IMG/VR virus record: IMGVR_UViG_3300020045_002281
Span: 1 to 30,767 of that record
Source of the DNA: a virus
Lineage: Duplodnaviria > Caudoviricetes
DNA length: 30,767 bases
Strand: one strand, 5' to 3'
Below are positions 25,297 to 30,767 of this stretch, piece after piece (position 1 is the first letter of the stretch; each line of letters opens with the position of its first letter). A model generated the notes under the pieces. That model was not told the DNA's origin, did no database searches, and saw only the letters and a list, made by a program, of their open reading frames with translations. The position numbers and the translations under genes are program-made.

Positions 25297-25405
25297 GTAA
25301 ATTTTATTATGATAGGGCAGGGGAGTGGTAGCCACCCCTGTTAAGCGTTGTATCGCCTACAATGCCACTTTTTGGCTAAAAAGCCAGCAGGGGAGTGCTA
25401 TTTTA

Positions 25406-25810
25406 CTACTTACGGGGTTTGGCAAGCAGCTCTTTAATGGTGTCAATGTCTGCAGCTTGGGTATCTTTTTTAATGCCGTTATCACCCATAGCCTTTTGCA
25501 TAAAGTCCGGTACAAATAACTTGGGTCTAGCAGCCATGTGCGCTGCTTTTTTCTTTGGATCAAAGCTTTTTTGCCACACAAGCGTTTCAAGTAGCCATAC
25601 CATCTTGTTCTGAAATATCTCACCATAGCCCCACTCAGTGGCTGGCTGTATTCGCTTAAACACACGGCAGTCACGCGGTAACTGCCATAGCAACCGCGCT
25701 GCACGTTTGCGATCAACCGCCGCGATGTCTAAGCCATAATACTGCTGAAAGTCCGCCTCTAATTCGTCAAAATACTCACGGCGTATTTTGATTAAGGCTA
25801 GTCTTTTGGG
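25406..25810 (-). CDS. Tail assembly chaperone, C-terminal part reached by -1 frameshift (gpGT-like)
   Basis: The -1 frame is open from the slippery site: PKRLALIKIRREYFDELEADFQQYYGLDIAAVDRKRAARLLWQLPRDCRV... Confidence 0.8.
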   Translation of the reverse strand, partial: PKRLALIKIRREYFDELEADFQQYYGLDIAAVDRKRAARLLWQLPRDCRVFKRIQPATEWGYGEIFQNKMVWLLETLVWQKSFDPKKKAAHMAARPKLFVPDFMQKAMGDNGIKKDTQAADIDTIKELLAKPRK

Positions 25811-26127
25811 TCAAAATTCTTAATGATTACCTGGTAGATGTCACCAAGTTTGCCAATGCGTAGGCGTGGCTTATAGCCCTTTTCATCTTTATGCTCTTCT
25901 GCGTCCAGCTTGGTAAAGTGATCCTTGATTTTTTCAAACTCTTCTTTGCCTACCAAAAAGTGCATCAGTGGCACTACGGCTGTAATTTGGTTTTCGTTTT
26001 CAATCTTATTGATGAGCGCAAACGCGTCAACATCGTCTAGCAGGTCAGTGTCTACTTTGAATTTGTAGCCCTCAATCTCTAGCTCTTTTGTTGTGCTGGT
26101 CTCTACTGGTGGCGTTGTATCTGCCAT
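25798..26127 (-). CDS. Tail assembly chaperone (gpG-like)
   Basis: Between the major tail and tape measure genes; slippery site at its 3' end. Confidence 0.8.
   Translation of the reverse strand: MADTTPPVETSTTKELEIEGYKFKVDTDLLDDVDAFALINKIENENQITAVVPLMHFLVGKEEFEKIKDHFTKLDAEEHKDEKGYKPRLRIGKLGDIYQVIIKNFDPKD
25804..25810 (-). promoter_or_regulatory. -1 programmed ribosomal frameshift site
   Basis: C CCA AAA heptamer (X XXY YYZ) one codon before the TAG. Confidence 0.8.
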
Positions 26128-26165
26128 GTTGTTTTCTCCAATTCTAGTTTGTTATCGTAAGCACA

Positions 26166-26206
26166 ATTATAGCATAAAGAAAAGCGCCCAGACTAGCCAG
26201 GCGCTT
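26166..26206 (-). terminator. Terminator after the major tail gene, followed at once by an extended -10 promoter (TGCTATAAT, 26166-26174)
   Basis: AAGCGCC-TGGCTAGTCTG-GGCGCTT-TTCTTT. Confidence 0.7.
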
Positions 26207-26225
26207 AACTCCGAATTACCGCTTA

Positions 26226-26786
26226 CTAAGAAGCGATTGCCGCAATGTACTCTTTGTGAGAGTCACCGTCATCAGCTGGGAATGCCTTAAGGTTGATTGG
26301 GTAAGCAACAGGCTCACCGTCAACATAAGAGATTTCCGCGCTACGGTCAGCGATGCGACCCCGTTCAACCACGATACGCTTCACGCGTCCGCCGGTCATA
26401 ACGAGTTCTGCAACAAACACGATTTCAGGCAATGTTTTACTATTGACCTTAATTGTGATGTTTTCACCGTCAACTGTGACGTTATCCTCACCATAGTACA
26501 GCTTGGCAACTTCTGCGTTCGTCTCAATGAGGTTGAACGTAAACATTTCCATGAATGTGGTTTGGTCTGACAACACGTTGTCACCGCCCCAAGCAAACAC
26601 ATCTTCTACGTCAGCCTCAATGTTGTTCACCAAGCCTTCATCAGACACATAGCCTAGATTTGCAAAAGCAGCGTCTAGGTCAGATGTGGCGTTTGTTGGT
26701 ACTGTCGTACCGGCAGGGGCTACGAATAGCGCACCTAAAGCTTTTGGCTTACCAAATGAGACGTTTTGAGAGTCGTTATTAGCCAT
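26226..26786 (-). CDS. Major tail (tube) protein
   Basis: NVSFGKP, APAGTTVPT, LGYVSDEGL, AWGGD, FNLIET. Confidence 0.9.
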   Translation of the reverse strand: MANNDSQNVSFGKPKALGALFVAPAGTTVPTNATSDLDAAFANLGYVSDEGLVNNIEADVEDVFAWGGDNVLSDQTTFMEMFTFNLIETNAEVAKLYYGEDNVTVDGENITIKVNSKTLPEIVFVAELVMTGGRVKRIVVERGRIADRSAEISYVDGEPVAYPINLKAFPADDGDSHKEYIAAIAS

Positions 26787-26854
26787 AATGGTTTTTTACT
26801 CCGTAAACTTGTTGGCACAACTACCGTGTTTCAGGCGCTCTGCTTATGGTTTAG

Positions 26855-26863
26855 ATTATAGCA
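26855..26863 (-). promoter_or_regulatory. Extended -10 promoter for the major tail gene
   Basis: TGCTATAAT. Confidence 0.55.
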
Positions 26864-27223
26864 CTATTTTTCTTGATCGTTAAAGTTTTCACTTGCAAGT
26901 TTATAAATACGCCATAACAAGTACGATAATAGCAGCGTTTGCAGGTGTACAGTCATTGAGTATATAAAACTAAGCAGCTGCACAGTGCCTGGTCTGCCGG
27001 TCTCATGGAATAGTGTAACAATGTTGATGCCAATAGGTATCAAGCCCATGATGATGATAGTCAGCGATATTGCAAACAGCGTATTACGAAAACGGCGCAC
27101 GTGCCGGTCAGTGATAGGGTACTTAAATAAGCTCACCTGTTTCACTATAACTTTGATAATAAAATACATTGCCACTGCGCTGATGGCAAGTAAAATCAGT
27201 ATGTACGGTATTAAATCTATCAT
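26864..27223 (-). CDS. Three-TM membrane protein
   Basis: Three hydrophobic segments; ATGA overlap. Confidence 0.7.
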   Translation of the reverse strand: MIDLIPYILILLAISAVAMYFIIKVIVKQVSLFKYPITDRHVRRFRNTLFAISLTIIIMGLIPIGINIVTLFHETGRPGTVQLLSFIYSMTVHLQTLLLSYLLWRIYKLASENFNDQEK

Positions 27224-27450
27224 TTTTTCCCACTTCTCTTGTTTGTTGGCTGATGCCCACCAGCCGCTAGGTATATTTTAAGCGTAAACCCATTTTCTAC
27301 CAATAGGTCATTTAGGTGTTTATTTGTCTCTTGCGCTTTTTGCGCGGCATCTTCACTGGCTGATTTATGCAGCTCTATCTCAACACGGCTAGAGACAGCC
27401 GGTTTGACTACAATAGGCTCTTCTTGTGGCTTTCGCCTAAACCATCCCAT
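27220..27450 (-). CDS. Small hypothetical protein
   Basis: 76-aa ORF coupled to both neighbours. Confidence 0.65.
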   Translation of the reverse strand: MGWFRRKPQEEPIVVKPAVSSRVEIELHKSASEDAAQKAQETNKHLNDLLVENGFTLKIYLAAGGHQPTNKRSGKK

Positions 27451-27452
27451 AA

Positions 27453-27764
27453 TTATCGCCTACCTTTCACAGCTTCTATCTTGCCTGCCATTAACTCTTG
27501 CGACTGTGCAACGCCTAGTAACACCGTTTGGTCATTCTTAGCCATTTCACGATAGTCTGTTGTATGTATTTTATTATCTTCTAGCCGCGCGTTCTGTAAT
27601 AAATCTATCTTAATGTCCTTTTCGTCAATCTTTTTAGTGAAGTAGTTCCACATAAAGCGAATGACGATAATGAGGGCAATGACAGTTACACCAAGCACAC
27701 CTTGAGTGAAGTAATAACTGATTGGGTCATTAGGTGGCGTGACTGCCGCAAGGTAACTCAACAT
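27453..27764 (-). CDS. Single-TM plus coiled-coil protein (BhlA/UviB-like architecture)
   Basis: FTQGVLGVTVIALIIVIRFMW followed by a charged coiled coil. Confidence 0.55.
   Translation of the reverse strand: MLSYLAAVTPPNDPISYYFTQGVLGVTVIALIIVIRFMWNYFTKKIDEKDIKIDLLQNARLEDNKIHTTDYREMAKNDQTVLLGVAQSQELMAGKIEAVKGRR
27482..27598 (-). repeat. Internal copy of a 117-bp segment that is inverted-duplicated at the window end
   Basis: Its reverse complement equals 30651-30767. Confidence 0.95.
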
Positions 27765-27766
27765 GG

Positions 27767-28216
27767 CTATGAACTTTCATAAGGGTCATACATGCTGCTG
27801 CCAGGCACGGTGCTTATGCTGGTGAGGCGTTGCGTACCGTAAAGCCCCAGGTCATGCAGCTCAGACTTTTTAAACCACAAATCACCGGCAGGGTTGGTAA
27901 ATACAATGTTTTCAGAGTATGGACCGGCTGTTTGCTGGATGCTGTTTGCTGGTGGCGCGTCAATAGGTGTGAGCATGGCACGCTTTGCAGCTTCCATGAC
28001 TACCCACTGGGCTGTTGAAAAGTATGCAGGGCTTGCATTTACTTTAGCGTCCAGGTCAACGCCCACATTGTCAGCAATGATGCGTAAGCGGTTGCTGGCG
28101 CGTGTTAGCAGATCAAGCGCACGGGTTGTATTATCCGGTGCTTTCCAAAACGCGGTTAAATCATCCACATTTGCGTATGGGTTAGGTGACACTACTGGTG
28201 TTGTTACGCCTGCCAT
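27767..28216 (-). CDS. Head-to-tail adaptor (Gp19/Gp15/Gp42-like)
   Basis: YANVDDL, LLTRASNRLR, QQTAGPYSE, NPAGDLWFKKSELHDLGL. Confidence 0.85.
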   Translation of the reverse strand: MAGVTTPVVSPNPYANVDDLTAFWKAPDNTTRALDLLTRASNRLRIIADNVGVDLDAKVNASPAYFSTAQWVVMEAAKRAMLTPIDAPPANSIQQTAGPYSENIVFTNPAGDLWFKKSELHDLGLYGTQRLTSISTVPGSSMYDPYESS

Positions 28217-29562
28217 TACTGTGTACCTCCATTATTCATAAAGCTGCCGCCAGAAGCCGCCAGGCGGCGTTTAACAAGCTCTTCTGCCTGTCTGATGCCA
28301 ATACCCATCATACGGTAGCCCTCAACAGTACCAACAAGCTCTGGCATTGCCTGGAATAGCTTAAACATAGCGTCACCAACCTGCCCAATGTCTGCCTGAA
28401 ATATAGGCTTCCATGCAGGTATCAATTGGCGTAATTGCGCCGGTACATTGTCATTGCCGTCAAGCGCTAGGCGTAGGGTTATCATCAGCTCTTTAAATTG
28501 CTTGCCCATTTCGTCTTGGCAGTTCTGCGCTTCAAGTAGTAGATCATCTGACATTGCAGCAAGGCTTTCAGCGCTGCTTGGGTTGCCGGTCTCATAGCCC
28601 AGGTTGCGTAGTGTCAATGCAGTCTCAGCACAGAAGTCACGGGCTTTATCTTTTTTGGCTGTCTCAAAGCCGGTGATGCTCATTTGCTGTAGCTGACCAA
28701 TTTCAGGGTGGTTACCCTCTTCATCTACATTGATTGCCCAGACCTTACCAATGGCACTATCAAGTGCTGGGTCTTTTTCAGCGCCCTCAGCAAGTCCACT
28801 AATGTAGCGCTGTGGCAGTGCATAAAACTCTTCTGCAATCTCTTCACGGCGCTTGAGCCGTCCAACTTCATTGATGATGCGGCGTGCTGTGTTGCTCAGG
28901 CGTGACTTACCAAGTGGGCGGTCAGCGCTCTGGCGGTGGGTAACTGGGTGCAATAATGTGCGACCCGTAGGGTTTGGCTCAATTCGGGCAAGTACCCTAT
29001 TCTCAAAGATTGCGGTAAATTCAGGGGTGAACAGGATATAATCTTTAGGCGCAAAGTTGATGCCAGCCTTTTTAGGCTTTGGCACATGCCACTTAGTAAC
29101 AGCCAGACCCCACTTAAGTAAGCCTGTGCGCTGGTCAACTTCACCGGTAGCCTCAAGTGCTGTAAACGGTACAAGCACCTTTGGCGTGCTTGATGGCAAT
29201 GGTGCATCAGATACGGCAATAAAGGCACAACCGGCAATAAAGGCATCATGCTTGGCTTTGCTCAGTACGCTAAAGCCGCCAATGCTATCCATGTAGTCAT
29301 TGATGCCAGCAGTGTCACCAGCAAAACCGTCAAACGCTACACGATCAGATAGCGTGTTTACGGCGCGACCAGCCCAGCCAATACCAGGGCGCAAATTACG
29401 CATTCTTATAGGGGTAGAAATGCCCAAGTCAGGCAAGTCATTATCAGCATTGTAATAGTCGTATTTGTCTTGTACTTTTACTTGCTTTGAGGTAAGGCAA
29501 TAAATCTGCCTGCTGGCTAGAGAATTTGCGATGTCTACGATGGGGTTTTGTTCCGGCTGCAT
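28216..29562 (-). CDS. Portal protein (SPP1 gp6-like)
   Basis: 448 aa; YDYY, GWAGRAVNTLSDR, RPLGKSR, EFYALPQRYISG, NPSSAESL. Confidence 0.88.
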   Translation of the reverse strand: MQPEQNPIVDIANSLASRQIYCLTSKQVKVQDKYDYYNADNDLPDLGISTPIRMRNLRPGIGWAGRAVNTLSDRVAFDGFAGDTAGINDYMDSIGGFSVLSKAKHDAFIAGCAFIAVSDAPLPSSTPKVLVPFTALEATGEVDQRTGLLKWGLAVTKWHVPKPKKAGINFAPKDYILFTPEFTAIFENRVLARIEPNPTGRTLLHPVTHRQSADRPLGKSRLSNTARRIINEVGRLKRREEIAEEFYALPQRYISGLAEGAEKDPALDSAIGKVWAINVDEEGNHPEIGQLQQMSITGFETAKKDKARDFCAETALTLRNLGYETGNPSSAESLAAMSDDLLLEAQNCQDEMGKQFKELMITLRLALDGNDNVPAQLRQLIPAWKPIFQADIGQVGDAMFKLFQAMPELVGTVEGYRMMGIGIRQAEELVKRRLAASGGSFMNNGGTQ

Positions 29563-29585
29563 TGCTTATTGCTTGTCCTTTTAAG

Positions 29586-29636
29586 CCAGTTTTACCGCAA
29601 CCGTCAGCGTAGTTGTTATTGGTTGTTATTATACCA
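29586..29636 (-). promoter_or_regulatory. Extended -10 promoter plus conserved leader motif, copy upstream of the portal gene
   Basis: TGGTATAAT-N16-TACGCTGACGGTTGCGGTAAAACTGG. Confidence 0.7.
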
Positions 29637-29662
29637 GATATTGTAATTGTAGCATAAGTGCT

Positions 29663-30100
29663 TTATGATGTGCGCTTTGCTCTGCGTTTTGCATCAGCTT
29701 TATTATACTCCTCACCTAAAAAGCCCTCTGGTAGCTCTTCAACTCTTACGAATGCGCCAGGCTGACCGGCGCGGTATTCTGCTTGCACTTTCATTAGCGG
29801 CACGTGCTGCCACTTATCATCAGGGATCAGCAGCGCCTCACTGAACATGTCAAGCAGGCTAGTCACCTTATTATCAATGTCGGCTTTGCCAATAGTGCCA
29901 AAATATATAATCACCTCTAGGCTGACCGGCTTAAAGAAGCGGTGGCGCGTCTGGCGGCGCAACTCAACAATTGACTCATCTTGCCACTGAACAAATTTTT
30001 TGTTCGGGAATGACAGCCCATCTTTGGTATTTATACGTGAGTTCTTTTTGCTGGGTATTGTACCCTTAAAGATTAGCTCAACGGTCTTTGGGTTTGACAT
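29663..30100 (-). CDS. RusA-like Holliday junction resolvase
   Basis: GTIPSKKNS, ADIDNKVTSLLD, IPDDKW; start MSNPKT at 30100. Confidence 0.8.
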   Translation of the reverse strand: MSNPKTVELIFKGTIPSKKNSRINTKDGLSFPNKKFVQWQDESIVELRRQTRHRFFKPVSLEVIIYFGTIGKADIDNKVTSLLDMFSEALLIPDDKWQHVPLMKVQAEYRAGQPGAFVRVEELPEGFLGEEYNKADAKRRAKRTS

Positions 30101-30620
30101 AGTTGTTAAGCAACCCATTACGCGATTTATAGCCCTCAGTGCGTATATTGCAGTCACAACCGCCGTGCCGGTGAAATACCTCAGCCGGTGGGTTAGTATA
30201 TTCACCTGCTTTGGATGTACACCATTTGCAGGTCTTGCCATTGGTTGTACGGATCACTCTGGTATACTTGCCGCTCTCACGGGCGTATTTGGCAGCATCA
30301 TGCTGCGCCTGGCTTGCTGCGTAGTCTAAGTAATTCTTAACGTACTCCTGCAGCCCCAGTGCGCCGGTGGCAACGCTGGCGGATGCTACTTTTGCCAGCC
30401 CATAGTAACGCTCATCAATTCCTGGACCGGTAGTATAGTCAATTTCAAAGTCAAAGGCATTCATGTCATAGACTTTGGTATAAACTGCCGCGCCCACTTC
30501 CCTAAATAATATCTCTTGGTTGAGCTGGCGTATTTCTGGGTCAATTTCAGGGTTGTTAATCAGCTTGAGCGCTGCCATGACCTTATCAATGATAGTGCGG
30601 TTTAATTTAGCGTAGTCCAT
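30078..30620 (-). CDS. MuF-like minor head / head morphogenesis protein
   Basis: RTTNGKTCKWC...FHRHGGCDC; likely start MDYAK at 30620. Confidence 0.7.
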   Translation of the reverse strand: MDYAKLNRTIIDKVMAALKLINNPEIDPEIRQLNQEILFREVGAAVYTKVYDMNAFDFEIDYTTGPGIDERYYGLAKVASASVATGALGLQEYVKNYLDYAASQAQHDAAKYARESGKYTRVIRTTNGKTCKWCTSKAGEYTNPPAEVFHRHGGCDCNIRTEGYKSRNGLLNNYVKPKDR

Positions 30621-30650
30621 CAAAGCCCCAATCATCTATGGTTGATTTAA

Positions 30651-30767
30651 TACAGAACGCGCGGCTAGAAGATAATAAAATACATACAACAGACTATCGT
30701 GAAATGGCTAAGAATGACCAAACGGTGTTACTAGGCGTTGCACAGTCGCAAGAGTTAATGGCAGGCA
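30651..30767 (+). repeat. Terminal inverted duplicate of 27482-27598 (likely chimera)
   Basis: Exact 117-bp reverse-complement match, extending 7 more bp with one mismatch. Confidence 0.95.

Noticed and set aside
25287-25313. TTGACA...TATGAT as a + strand promoter
   Set aside because: The spacer is only 15 nt and TTGACA is one arm of the minus-strand terminator stem.
25329-25400. tRNA-like cloverleaf
   Set aside because: Only two inner hairpins and no T-loop (GTTCRA) or D-loop consensus; kept only as a generic structured element.
2753-30256. Strand polarity of GGATC versus GATCC
   Set aside because: A manual tally gave similar numbers in both orientations, so it serves as a negative control for the GGACC bias.
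3952-30329. Many + strand ORFs opposite real genes (e.g. 6708-7163, 13353-13799, 22997-23914, 24479-24847)
   Set aside because: Antisense shadows of well-supported minus-strand genes, with no RBS or motifs.
1-30767. Stop-codon reassignment
   Set aside because: Core genes (TerL, portal, TMP, lysin, MTase) are full length in the standard code, and TAA, TAG and TGA are all used as stops.
1-30767. Integrase, att site or flanking host genes
   Set aside because: No recombinase motifs or housekeeping genes were found, so lifestyle cannot be determined from this window.

Overview
The window is a ~31-kb piece of a tailed dsDNA phage (siphovirus-type) genome, about 45% GC by eye, with most genes on the minus strand. 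Left to right it holds: (1) a glycan-modification cluster (3-3466) with three glycosyltransferase-like genes and a polysaccharide pyruvyl-transferase-like gene; (2) small accessory/early genes (3588-12964) including a stand-alone FtsK-gamma-like protein, a HAD protein, LemA plus a partner membrane protein, a C5 DNA methyltransferase with a nested alternative-frame ORF, and an origin-like region with DnaA-box-like repeats; (3) packaging genes (TerL, TerS-like, ParB-like, two HNH); (4) a lysis cassette (amidase with four CW_7 repeats, holin); (5) tail genes, including a -1 frameshifted chaperone; (6) head-tail adaptor, portal, RusA-like and MuF-like genes. No major capsid protein, integrase, tRNA or CRISPR array was found. 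The structural gene order is scrambled and many genes have their own extended -10 promoter. The strongest unexplained signal is near-total strand polarity of GGACC (about 35 on + versus one GGTCC by manual count), independent of gene direction. The right end is an inverted duplicate of an internal segment, and the left end may also be an inverted chimera. Family assignments come from motif recognition only; no searches were run. The host is uncertain: Saccharibacteria/CPR or a Gram-positive bacterium are both possible.
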